NCBI GenBank assembly: GCA_032718475.1
Contig: JAUCBJ010001100.1
Coordinates: forward strand, 15,607 to 79,606
Source of the DNA: Nemertoderma westbladi
Taxonomy: Eukaryota > Animalia > Xenacoelomorpha
Length of the DNA stretch: 64,000 nt
Direction: 5' to 3'
Shown here: in pieces, positions 28,781 through 41,306 of the stretch
How the letters are laid out: every line of letters begins with the position of its first letter
How positions within the stretch are numbered: position 1 is the stretch's first letter
Program-made: the position numbers and the translations under genes
The notes under the pieces: model-generated
Told to the model about the DNA's origin: nothing
Seen by the model: only the letters and a program-made list of their open reading frames with translations
Databases searched by the model: none

Positions 28781-28968
28781 ATGAAGTGATGACTTTATCG
28801 GGTACCGCAGATTCAACATTGAGTAATTCGTCAGAGAATAATGTTGGGCCAACCGGAACGGATGGGCTGCCAATCCATGTTGATAATTCTACAGACTCTG
28901 AGTTATCGACAACAGAATCAACTACATCTGCTACATCTAGTAGTAGTTCGAGTACAACAGCGGAGTAA
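28781..28968 (+). CDS. Terminal exon with a Ser/Thr-rich (mucin-like) C-terminus
   Basis: tttcAG acceptor in phase 1 continues the frame as DEVMTLSGT...SSSTTAE*. AATAAA at ~28993 and ~29145. Confidence 0.78.
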
Positions 28969-31230
28969 CCGGGGACTGTTCCCTCTAACGATAATAAACA
29001 GTTCATTTATATTAGAATTCCCTATTTTATGTTTATTAATATTTCCTTATTAATTATTCAATTTTATTTTTCCTTTGAAATAACGTTTTTGTGCAATTTG
29101 TGCATTTAATCGTTAGTTTTATTCGCCTCAATTCTTATTATGCCAATAAATTATTTTAATATAAATTAGTTTTTTTTATTGTTGTAATGCACTGGAGAGG
29201 AAGACTGCTTTATTATCTTATTTAGTCTGTTTGGGAGCATTTCGCAGCATAAATAAAGTTTTACAGCCCGAAAATTTATATCTTATAATCTGTCTGTACA
29301 TATACTAATTCTTTCGTTTATTGTTTTGGTTTGATCCAGCCCTTATGTAACCTGGGTTATTAGTGAAAACCTCACATTCTTCACATTGGGGTTAACAGCA
29401 GTAAGTTTGGCATACTTCACATGGGCACAAAGCCGCGCCAAATCACGTCTTCTCGAGCACTCAGGGGTGGGTTATTGACTGGCCGACGTGCTATTGGTGA
29501 CGGGATTACATTATGTTTTTGGATTACATAACACCTCATTGCAGTGTGTGTGTGTTGGCAAATATACCAAAGGGCTAACTTTGCAAGCTCTTTTTCCGCT
29601 ATTGTGCTAACTTTTCCAAAGTGCTAACTCAAAGTGCTAACTCGTGGTCCTTGCAATCTGAAACTTTGTCAAAACGTTTTTTAGACCATTTCCCACAAGT
29701 TAGCATTTTACCACTTTTGCAGTCCAGTGTGTCATGTGTATGAAAAACTTGGCCCCCCTTAGCGGCATTATGGGAACTGGTACTTTTCAAACACACTTAA
29801 ACACTCAAGAGTATGGAATGGCCATAATGCTAACTTACAAACACACTTCTTACACTTACATTCCATTTGTACCAACTACCAAGTGCTAAATGATTATAAG
29901 ACCGCAAATACCCTAATACGCTAACTCGCTGAATGTTAATTGCGAATACCCCTCCGTTTCGCGAATAGCCAATTGTACACGTATAACCTAATAATAAAAG
30001 CGTTTTGCACAAACTGCGGGGGCGCTAAAGTCTTAACTTATTACTTTTAGATAGTCTTTGAAAGTACTCTATACAAAGTCCTAACCCGATAACTGTGTAT
30101 TGTCATGGAAACGTAATGGTTTCTTACCTGGACATCCATACAATGTATTTCCATTTATTGCACAGGCGACATATTATTATGTAGTGAGTGATTGCCGTGG
30201 AATGGAAATACCTAGATATATTGACAATCGTTATTTCAAAATTCATCCGGTCTAATTGTTGAGATACCCCAAATTGAGGTTCTAAATTTGTGAAAATATT
30301 AGTGAAACAATTTTATGGTTAAAGAGAAAACTCTATTTGTTTTTATGTAGAGTAATGCGTAATTTTATTCCACAAAGTTGCCTTTTCTTTTATAGCAGGT
30401 AAATTGCAATAATTAGTGCATTATAGGCGTACCTAAACGTGCGCTATTTTTATGAAAATTAACAACTTCTCGATGTGGTGATATCCTCGTAACGCAGCTA
30501 AGTAATAATCACTAACTTAGTAACAATAAACTTCTATAACAAATATTGATAGTATTTCCCATTACTGATAACCATTGATTGTAGGCGAAGTGTAAGTTTA
30601 GTTGATGTACCAACTGCAATTAATTGCATAAAAAGGATATGAATTTCATTAATATTCCTAAACATTACAATATTAACGCTAATCATTAAGCATTCAGAAC
30701 GCCCTTAAATTGACACAATTTAACAAAATGGCACCATTTTGTGAAAAGGGCACTGTCAACGTATATGAATGAATGACCCTTGTATATTTATGGAAACATC
30801 CCTCGCCACCCTCGCTCGGTACATAAATACTGCTTATGTGAAACCTTTCACACAATCATGTAAAATAGTTATAGTTTCACTTTTATCAATTTACAATATT
30901 TGCAGGAAATAATAATACAATTCAATCATTATTCGTGTAACATCAGTTATAAATCGGTAAAATATGAAAGTTCGTTTACATAACTCATTACGTCGGTTTT
31001 TCTGTCTTTTATCGTCTGCTATATTTTAATTTTTTTTACCTATTATCAATAATGTTTTTTACTTTCTCTCGTGTTATTTTAATTTTCGTTGGTTAGTCAA
31101 TCACACTTATATTCAATTTGTACTAAGTGCTAAATGATTGTAAGACCGAAAATATTGATTGCGAATACCCCTCAGTTTCGCAAATAACCAATTTCACATC
31201 GAACACAAAAATAAAACCGTTTGCATAAAC

Positions 31231-34200
31231 TCCGGGAGCGCTAAAGTCCTAACTTATACTTTCTTTTGAAAGTACTTTATACAAAGTCCTAACCCGATAA
31301 TTTTGTATTGTCATGGAAACCTAATGGTTTCTTACCTGGACATTGACAACTAGTCTAATGAAACATAGGCAAACCGAAATTTATTCCCAGACTGAAACGA
31401 ATAAGAATGGTGAAATGGAAAACTTACACATACGGTGTAGATAGACAATCGTTTATAGGATATTTCCTCGTTTCGTCTATTGTTGAGATATAATAAAATA
31501 CATAAAACACAAACTCAAACTGTGGCAAATTTAATTTGGGTTGTAAATTGGTGAAATTAGTTAGTGAAACAATAAATATAATATGCGTCAGATTAATAAT
31601 TAACAATTGTTAAAATTCAAAAAAATTAAAATTCACTATAATGATAGGCTGCTCAGAGTAACTTAAACCCACATAAATAATTCCCTTGAGTGAATTCTAT
31701 CCGCGTAGGAGAAATTAAATATAAAAATGTTAATTATGCGATCATTTTAGACATTTTGATCTTATGAAAAGATAATGAAAGGAGTCATAGTGAAATTATC
31801 ATATTAAAGCAACGTTTCAAAACCAATCCGGATAATTCTAAAGTGCCGGGGGAAAATAAATTAACACAGTCCAAGAATTGGAGCCGCACCTAATTAATAT
31901 ATCGTGGACACTGATAAAACACAAGATATACTGTATAATAATAATTTTGATGAAAAATATGAAGCATTAGTTGCATCATTAACTGAAATATGACTCATCT
32001 CATTGCACTTATTCAAATGAATAGCCTTCAATTATTATATAGGAGCTACAGCAATTATGATATTTTGTATCTCTTAGAATTTTCCCAGGAGTCTTTTTCC
32101 CAAGTTTTGTTTTGAATCCGTTACTGTAAAATGATGATCCATTACCAAATTTAATATAACATTCCCTTGCAATAAATAGACCTATATACTGATCTGAAAT
32201 TTTCAAAACCAAGTTTCATATCGTCACTACTGTAATCTTTGACAAGTTTTTCTGAAAAATGAAAAATCAGGTATCCCGAATGCCAACTAGCTAGGATCGG
32301 CATGCTGCATTGCAGCTGCATTTTTAAAAATGCTGTGCCGGCTTGTCGACAAAATTGCGCCGCCACAACTCCCTATCACCCATGCAGGGTTGTTTGAATT
32401 AAATCATTTGATTTAAATCATTGATTTAAATCATGATTTAAATCACATATAAAAATAAAAAAAAAATCAGATAGTTTTGATTTTTTTAAAATCATGAATT
32501 TTATCAACCATGCTTTAAGGCCAGGATAAACATTGCATTACTGATTATTAATATATGATTCAAATTACCTAAATATTTACATGAAAATACAGTATCATCT
32601 CGCATTTCCAATACCATACAGTATTCACAGGCCCATTAATTAAGTTGTACTTTAGAGTTCTATTCAGTTTGTTGTTTATTTAGTTTATATTCGAATTCAG
32701 ACTTTTCGGGATTTCCGGGATCGGGACCGGGATTATTCCTCTCGAGATCCCGTTTTACGGGATCGGTATTGCAATTTTGGATTAAATTCATCAAAGTTAA
32801 TAGTATATGAGGCAGGTTTTCAGTAACACTCACTTTATTTTACACTTCTGAAATATTAGTAAGATAAAGTTAAAGTCCGGGAGCGCTAAAGTCCTAACTT
32901 ATACTTTCTTTTGAAAGTACTTTATACAAAGTCCTAACCCGATAATTTTGTATTGTCATGGAAACCTAATGGTTTCTTACCTGGACATTGACAACTAGTC
33001 TAATGAAACATAGGCAAACCGAAATTTATTCCCAGACTGAAACGAATAAGAATGGTGAAATGGAAAACTTACACATAGATAGACAATCGTTATTTAGAAT
33101 ATTTCCTCGTTTCGTCTATTGTTGAGATATAATAAAATACATAAAACACAAACTCAAACTGTGGCAAATTTAATTTGGGTTGTAAATTGGTGAAATTAGT
33201 TAGTGAAACAATAAATATAATATGCGTCAGATTAATAATTAACAATTGTTAAAATTCCAAACCATTAAAATTCACTATAATGATAGGCTGCTCAGAGTAA
33301 CTTAAACCCACATAAATAATTCCCTTGAGTGAATTCTATCCGCGTAGGAGAAATTAAATATAAAAATGTTAATTATGCGATCATTTTAGAAATTTTGATC
33401 TTATGAAAAGATAATGAAAGGAGTCATAGTGAAATTATCATATTAAAGCAACGTTTCAAAACCAATCCGGATAATTCTAAAGTGCCGGGGGAAAATAAAT
33501 TAACACAGTCCAAGAATTGGAGCCGCACCTAACTAATATATCGTGGACACTGATAAAACACAAGATATACTGTATAATAATAATTTTGATGAAAAATATG
33601 AAGCATTAGTTGCATCATTAACTGAAATATGACTCATCTCATTGCACTGATTCAAATGAATAGCCTTGAATTATTATATAGGAGCTACGGCAATTTTGAT
33701 ATTTTGTATCTCTTAGAATTTTCCCAGGAGTCTTTTTCCCAAGTTTTGTTTTGAATCCGTTACTGTAAAATGATGATCCATTACCAAATTTAATATAACA
33801 TTCCCTTGCAATAAATAGACCTATAAACTGATCTGAAATTTTCAAAACCAAGTTTCATATCGTCACTACTGTAATCTTTGACAAGTTTTTCTGATAAATG
33901 AAAAATCAGGTATCCCGAATGCCAACTAGCTAGGATCGGCATGCTGCATTGCAGCTGCATTTTTAAAAATGCTGTGCCGGCTTGTCGACAAAATTGCGCC
34001 GCCACAACTCCCTATCACCCATGCAGGGTTGTTTGAATTAAATCATTTGATTTAAATCATTGATTTAAATCATGATTTAAATCACATATAAAAATAAAAA
34101 AAAATCAGATAGTTTTGATTTTTTTAAAATCATGAATTTTATCAATCATGCTTTAAGGCCAGGATAAACATTGCATTACTGATTATTAATAAATGATTCA

Positions 34201-34511
34201 AATTACCTAAATATTTACATGAAAATACAGTATCATCTCGCATTTCCAATACCATACAGTATTCACAGGCCCATTAATTAAGTTGTACTTTAGAGTTCTA
34301 TTCAGTTTGTTGTTTATTTAGTTTATATTCGAATTCAGACTTTTCGGGATTTCCGGGATCGGGACCGGGATTATTCCTCTCGAGATCCCGTTTTACGGGA
34401 TCGGTATTGCAATTTTGGATTAAATTCATCAAAGTTAATAGTATATGAGGCAGGTTTTCAGTAACACTCACTTTATTTTAAACTTTTCTGAAATATTAGT
34501 AAGATAAAGTT
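31231..34511. repeat. Recent tandem duplication of ~1.64 kb (31231-~32876 / 32877-~34511); an older related copy lies at ~29878-30330
   Basis: Near-identical units starting TCCGGGAGCGCTAAAG; duplicated ORF pairs 32009/33639 and 32151/33790. Confidence 0.95.
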
Positions 34512-35303
34512 ATATTAAAATTATCTTATAATTGATTACTGGATGGTTTACTGAAATAAAAATTAGATATAATCAAATCATTTCCGTTCTGCTGGAACTT
34601 TTTTTAGATGTTCAACAAATTTATTTAACCATTTAAACTTCGGGATCCCGTTTCAAAAAAGTCGGAATTGAGATTCGATATTTCGCTGGGATCCCGGTTT
34701 TTCGGTTTTTTTTAAACATTAGTGCATTGATGAAGCCAGAAGTCTTCCGATTGTTTAAATATAAAATCTGATTTAAATAAAAAAATCTGATTTAAATAAG
34801 AAAAAAGTGATTTAAATGGGTGACTACAAAACAAAGACCAAAGACCTAAATAATAAAGACCTGCATAATCTTTGAAACATGTGTTAACTTTCGTTTATTG
34901 TTTTGGTTCCCCCAACAAGCCTCTGTAACATGCTCCTTTACTAACCTGTTCCTTTAAATGCAATGTAACCTAACGCTCTTTGGCACCTGTACAAAACAAA
35001 GATATAAAGTCGCGTTACGTCCTAAAGGGGATTAGGTCCCATTGCCATATAGCGTTAGGTCCCATTGCCATTTACAGGAGCAGGTTAGTAAAGGAGCAGG
35101 TTACAGAGGCGTGTTTGGGGAACCAAAACAATAAACGAAAGTTAACACATGTGTTTCATACAGGTCTTTGTTATTTGGGTCTTTGCTTTTTAGTCACCCG
35201 ATTTAAATGAAAAAAAATCTGATTTAAATCAAATAAATCTGATTTAAATCAAAAAAATCTGATTTTTTTGATTAAAAAAAAATCATGATTTTTATCAACC
35301 CTG
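34024..35303. mobile_element. hAT-like non-autonomous DNA transposon
   Basis: TIRs CAGGGTTG...CAACCCTG, exact 8-bp TSD CACCCATG (34016-34023 and 35304-35311), and subterminal TGATTTAAAT arrays. Confidence 0.9.
34818..35199. mobile_element. Foldback MITE, Mutator-like by TSD length, nested in the hAT element
   Basis: Long inverted arms GGGTGACT...AGTCACCC; 9-bp TSD GATTTAAAT (34809-34817 and 35200-35208). Confidence 0.85.
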
Positions 35304-35829
35304 CACCCATGACATTTGCTAGATCATCCGCATCTTCAAGGCCAGTGTCCTTTAAGATGCGTCTCAAGAAAGTCATGGGCTGTCCACCATGCTTATTCAG
35401 TCCATGAGGCTGCCAAAGTATAAGTTTATGCACTGGCTGGTCCTCACGGTGAAAGCAATGTCCTGCAAAGCGGAGGCGATTTTGTTCTAGTGTCAAGCTT
35501 GGGGGAACCAATGAGACACCTCCAATGTTATATAGTGTCTGGTTGGAGATGTGTGCATTGTACTTGACACAATGTACCCGGCGTAGCATTCTTGTAAATG
35601 TGCCATCCAGAGATTTGGTGTCCTCAGCAGTTAGAGCCCAACATGGACTCTCATAGAGAGGTACTGGAACTACTGCTGCTCTAAATAATCGGACCTTAAG
35701 TTTCCGATTAATTCTCGGTGACTTCCAAATCCTGCAAAGCATATTCAAGGCTGCCCAATGCTTTCCCTTACGTATTCGACGGTCCTCATCTGACTTCCGG
35801 ATCCATGATCCCAGGTAACAGAAGTCGTC

Positions 35830-37039
35830 GATAATTGAAGAATATAAAAAAAGAACGACAGGCATCTGGCTGTTATCTTTGTTGACTTCTTCAAGGCCTT
35901 TGATTCAGTCTCTCGCTCACGTATGTTCAGCATACTTTCATTATATGGGATTCCTGATGAAATTATTGCAGCAATCAGATGAGTATACGATGGTTCGACA
36001 ACATTTGTGTCTACTGTTGACGGTGACACAGAACCATTTGAAGTGTTATGGGTCGTCCTCCAAGGAGACACACTTGCACCATTCTTGTTCATTATTGTGG
36101 TTGACTATGTTCTACGCATGTCCTTAGATCATCATAATGATGATGGGGTGATGATAACTCCACCTACTGGCTCCAGAAGTCGAGGAAATCCTGCCAAGTA
36201 CCTAACTAATCTAGACTTTGCTGATGACTTAGGAGTACTCTCAGAATCATTATAGGGAGCCAAACGGCTCCTCAGCTCATTAGAACATGCTGCTTCTAGT
36301 GTTGGTCTTTTTATTAACTCCAGAAAGACCAAAATTTTGACAGTTAACTTTGAAAGTCCTCAGCAAGTCTCTGATCGGATGAGCATAAGCTCAAAGGATG
36401 GTATGCTTGAGCATGTGGACGACTTCTGTTACCTGGGATCATGGATCCGGAAGTCAGGTGAGGACCTTCGAATACGTAAGGGAAAGGCATGGGCAGCCTT
36501 GAATAGGCTTTCCAGGATTTGCAAGTCACCTAGAATTAATCGGAAACTTAAGGTCCGATTATTTAGAGCAGCAGTAGTTCCAGTACTCCTCTATGGGAGT
36601 CCATGCTGGGCTCTAACTGCTGAGGACACCAAATCTCTGGATGGCACATTCACAAGAATGCTACGCCGGATTCATTGTGTCAAGTACAATGCACACATCT
36701 CCAACCAGACACTATATAACATTGGAGGTGTCTCATTGGTTCCCCCAAGCTTGACACTAGAACAAAATCGCCTCCGCTTTGCAGGACATTGCTTTCGCCG
36801 TGAGGATCAGCCAGTGCATAATCTTGTACTTTGGCAGCCTCATGGAGTGAATAAGCATGGTGGACAGCCCATGACTTTCTTGAGACGCATCTTAAAGGAC
36901 ACTGGCCTTGAAGATGCGGATGATCTAGCAAATGTCATGGGTGATAGGGAGTTGTGGCGGTGCAATTTTGTTGACAAGCCGGCACAGCATTCTTAAAAAT
37001 GCAGCTGCAATGCAGCATGCCGATCCTAGTAGTAGTAGT
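35830..37039 (+). pseudogene. 5'-truncated RTE-type LINE reverse transcriptase with stops and frameshifts
   Basis: Motifs FVDFFKAFDSV, VLQGDTLAPFLF, LDFADDL, FCYLGS and RLRFAGH; ends in a (TAG)n tail. Confidence 0.92.
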
Positions 37040-37265
37040 GTCGAACCATCGTATACTGATCTGTTTGCTGCAATAATTTCATCAGGAATCCCATATAATG
37101 AAAGTATGCTGAACATACGTGAGAGAGAGACTGAATCAAAGGCCTTGAAGAAGTCAACAAAGATAACAGCCAGATGCCTATCTTTCTTTTTTGATAACTC
37201 TTCAATTATCCTTCGGGTATCCTATGGGCTCCATGGTCCCACGAATGCCGAATTGGCCGAATGCC
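37040..37265 (-). mobile_element. Inverted upstream fragment of the same LINE family
   Basis: Reverse complement of 35830-36000 plus further upstream LINE sequence. Confidence 0.85.
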
Positions 37266-37354
37266 AAAATAAGGATCACGAGACGAATTACAGAAATGCT
37301 GAAATGTTTGATCCTGTTTAAACACTTAGTTAGTAGGCCTACAACATGAATAAA

Positions 37355-38955
37355 CCATGCAGTTAGGTAGGTGTATAATAATACTTTTCGGGTTTGCAAT
37401 TAGCACAACAATAATTTGACCATGCAGTTAGGTGTATAATAATACTGTTCGGGTTTGCAGTTAGCACAACATTAATTAGACCTTGCAGTTAGGTGTATAG
37501 TAATACTGTTCGGGTTTGCAGTTAGCACAACATTAATTAGACCTTGCAGTTAGGTGTATAATAATACTCTTCAGGTTTGCAGTTAGCACAACATTAATTT
37601 GACCATGCAGTTAGGTGTATAATAATATTGTTCGGGTTTGCAGTTAGCACAACATTAATTTGACCATGCAGTTAGGTGTATAATAATATTGTTCGGGTTT
37701 GCAGTTAGCACAACATTAATTTGACCATGCAGTTAGGTGTATAATAATATTGTTCGGGTTTGCAGTTAGCACAACATTAATTAGACCTTGCAGTTAGGTG
37801 TATAGTAATACTGTTCGGGTTTGCAGTTAGCACAACATTAATTTGACCATGCAGTCAGGTGTATAGTAATACTGTTCGGGTTTGCAATTAGCACAACATT
37901 AATTTAACCATGCAGTTAGGTGTATAATAATATTGTTCGGGTTTGCAGTTAGCACAACATTAATTAGACCTTGCAGTTAGGTGTATAGTAATACTGTTCG
38001 GGTTTGCAGTTAGCACAACATTAATTTGACCATGCAGTCAGGTGTATAGTAATACTGTTCGGGTTTGCAATTAGCACAACATTAATTTAACCATGCAGTT
38101 AGGTGTATAATAATATTGTTCGGGTTTGCAGTTAGCACAACATTAATTAGACCTTGCAGTTAGGTGTATAGTAATACTGTTCGGGTTTGCAGTTAGCACA
38201 ACATTAATTAGACCTTGCAGTTAGGTGTATAATAATACTCTTCAGGTTTGCAGTTAGCACAACATTAATTTGACCATGCAGTTAGGTGTATAATAATATT
38301 GTTCGGGTTTGCAGTTAGCACAACATTAATTAGACCTTGCAGTTAGGTGTATAGTAATACTGTTCGGGTTTGCAGTTAGCACAACATTAATTTGACCATG
38401 CAGTTAGGTGTATAGTAATACTCTTCAGGTTTGCAGTTAGCACAACATTAATAGACAATGCAGTTAGGTGTATAATAATATTGTTCGGGTTTGCAGTTAG
38501 CACAACATTAATTTGACCATGCAGTTAGGTGTATAATAATATTGTTCGGGTTTGCAGTTAGCACAACATTAATTAGACCTTGCAGTTAGGTGTATAGTAA
38601 TACTGTTCGGGTTTGCAGTTAGCACAACATTAATTTGACCATGCAGTTAGGTGTATAGTAATACTGTTCGGGTTTGCAGTTAGCACAACATTAATTTGAC
38701 CATGCAGTTAGGTGTATAATAATATTGTTCGGGTTTGCAGTTAGCACAACATTAATTAGACCTTGCAGTTAGGTGTATAGTAATACTGTTCGGGTTTGCA
38801 GTTAGCACAACATTAATTTGACCATGCAGTTAGGTGTATAGTAATACTGTTCGGGTTTGCAGTTAGCACAACATTAATTAGACCTTGCAGTTAGGTGTAT
38901 AGTAATACTGTTCAGGTTTGCAGTTAGCGCAACATTAATATACAATGCAGTTAGG
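37355..38955. repeat. 61-bp satellite, about 26 copies, with TGCAGTTAG twice per unit
   Basis: Direct tandem repeat CCATGCAGTTAGGTGTATAATAATACTGTTCGGGTTTGCAGTTAGCACAACATTAATT(A/T)GA. Confidence 0.98.
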
Positions 38956-39111
38956 GCTATGGTATATGTGTAGTCTTTACCACCCTTGTACTCTAGCGAC
39001 CTTCCAGAGAATTTGATAGTTAGGTGTATAGTTGATTTGCATGCGTCTGGAACAGTTAGCACTTTGGACGAAAAAGAGCACGTTAGCGTTTCGAGTGGTT
39101 TGCCGGTATAC

Positions 39112-39137
39112 GTGTGTGTGTGTGTGTGTGTTGGGGG

Positions 39138-39213
<76 letters not shown>

Positions 39214-39291
39214 GGGGGGGGGGTGTGTGTGTGTGTGTTGGGGGGTGTGTGTGTGTGTGTGGGGGGGGGGGGTGTGTGTGTGTGTGTGTGG
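39112..39291. repeat. Compound (GT)n / poly-G microsatellite
   Basis: Seen directly in the sequence. Confidence 0.97.
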
Positions 39292-40983
39292 CGACAACAT
39301 TGCGCACCCTGAGTAATATTCAGATATCAACACGCTAAACATAGATGGTTATCTATATGTAGGCCAGTTCTGCCGTGCAATTTAAAAAGACCGCAAGTCG
39401 CATTTTTCCAAAAATCACTTTTTCACTTTTTCTGGGTCTAAAAAATGCGCTCTATCTAATGGTATAATCGAGAAGACAGTATCTACTCTAGTTCTCGAGA
39501 TGTTCAATGTAAAAAGGCCGCAAGTCACAACATATATTCGGAAGAGACAGTAACAATACCTGCAATATCCTACTGTAAAGTTTGTGAATCAAATCATAAA
39601 TCCGACCTTCTCACCAAAACAGTAAACTCTAAGTAAGCGAATATATTGCAGTATCGATCTCTTATAACCGGTGAGGCAGAAAACAGTCTACGAGCAGACA
39701 AACTTCGATAAAACAAAATCCCGCGCAGCGAATCCTAAAATCAGGCTGACTCACTGACGGACTAAGAGGCTCGTATACTTTGCCGCGGTGTGATTTATAT
39801 GGTTGGGCGAAAGGGACGCTAGCTAGGTACAGAGGCAGAGATTTGGAGATGTCTAACTAGCGGGCAAAGCACAGTACGGACAAAGTTAATTTTATATATT
39901 TTGAGGTGTAAATAATTTCTAACGCGCGTGTGTTAATTCTGAACGGTCAAAGCAGTTTTGCTCCTTCACATATATAATTACTGGGTACGGTGTGCATTTT
40001 ACAAATATTCTAATTTTGTAACTTGTAGGTCCAATACTCACGAATGATAAGGTTCCTTCCCCTCTTGCGTATTTCCAGGACTCAAATTCAGGCATAAGGT
40101 TAATGCTACGCCCAGAATTCGGCAATTTTAATTTACCAGGCCCCTAATACTAAGAAGAAATGTGTTAGTTTACTACTGTAGGCGTACAGTTACAAATAGC
40201 TATCCTGGCGTCCTATCTAGAATTTTAGTCACCTAGGTAGGCTGGGTAACTTCCTATCAAGACGTTGGCGGGGACACGGTAGATGTTAGTATATCCCTAA
40301 TAGCCTCGATTTATTTGCGCCTAGTTGTAAACTGCCCTACCGCCTGAACGGTACAATCCTAACTCAGGTGAAACACAGCAACCCTCCTAGCCTACAAGTT
40401 CTAATGCAATGGACACCGTTGCACTACAAATAGTCACAGACGCACCTGTACTTAGCAAGAGTTAGGCGTACAGTTTGCTGCACCCTACCAATGTGTATGC
40501 TTTGTACCGGTGTGCCCACGTCCTATCTGCGTACTAGTATCTCTGCCTGCTCTCTCCCCCCCCGTAGGAATGTGAAGGTCTACTGTGGTTTTTTCCTGAA
40601 TCAAGACAGTACAGTCCCTAAGATGTAATTTTAGGCTTACAGCGTGTCACTACTTCTACCTTTTGATCTTTGGTCTTACGCTTAGGTAGCAAGGCGTCGA
40701 ACGCTGTCTAACCTTTCAGGCGATGGGCGAATAACTGAGGTGGTATTGCGGGTTGTCTCCTGTCTACATTCCCGTGATGTTCCCGTTCATTGCTGCGGCC
40801 CGATCTCTAGCCGGCCATCCTGTTCTTAAGTTTGTTCACCGTAGTGAATCATGGTAAAACAGATAGAAAAGGCTGGTAGCGGTATTTCTGAATTTATTGC
40901 AGATAATAATACAAATATAATCTGAAAACTAATGACAGAATAAACAAATATCAGATAACTCAGAGAGATAGATTATGGTATAT

Positions 40984-41152
40984 AACTAATGAACAAATCG
41001 CACCTTTATATAGCAAATTTGTGCTGCAATCAATCGAGAAAATTCTCGATTGTTCTATAGGTTCTAACATGTTTTTAAAGATAGCTATTGGTCCAGCTAA
41101 TATATAACTTGCACGACATTGGTTACAATCAAATAACTACAGTCTCATTGGT
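40984..41152 (-). promoter_or_regulatory. Pol II promoter in the LTR: three CCAAT boxes, TATATAAA and an Inr-like TTAGTT (5' LTR copy at ~57558-57726)
   Basis: TATA at 41005-41012 on the minus strand; CCAAT near 41090, 41120 and 41150; AATAAA at 40893-40898. Confidence 0.6.
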
Positions 41153-41219
41153 TAATCTAGGTACAAACAAATGCAATTTAATTTGTAGCGGTTAATTTAA
41201 ATGAGTTGAAATTCTGCAC

Positions 41220-41306
41220 AAAAAATAATTCGCACTTACTAGGATTCGAACTCAATACCTACTACATATATAATTTCCAACGCTCTACCAACTGAGCTAC
41301 TGAACC
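41220..41306 (-). ncRNA. tRNA-like Pol III cassette in LTR U3
   Basis: A-box/D-arm TAGCTCAGTTGGTAGAGC, B-box GTTCGAATCC and a T6 terminator. The acceptor and anticodon stems do not pair. Confidence 0.65.

Larger units (their letters stand above)
33930..35830 (-). mobile_element. RTE-type LINE 3' part, interrupted by a hAT-like MITE
   Basis: ORF 35272-35865 matches ORF 36337-36996 (FCYLGS...RLRFAGH). The 3' UTR continues at 33930-34023, beyond the insertion. Confidence 0.88.

Noticed and set aside
38977-39342. His/Thr/Pro or Cys/Val-rich ORFs
   Set aside because: They are translations of the GT/G microsatellite.
40400-40800. HDV-like ribozyme or tRNA-like RNase P substrate next to the candidate primer
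   Set aside because: I could not build the nested pseudoknot or a cloverleaf by eye.
41237-41306. Functional tRNA gene
   Set aside because: The acceptor and anticodon stems cannot pair; only the A/B boxes and D-arm remain.
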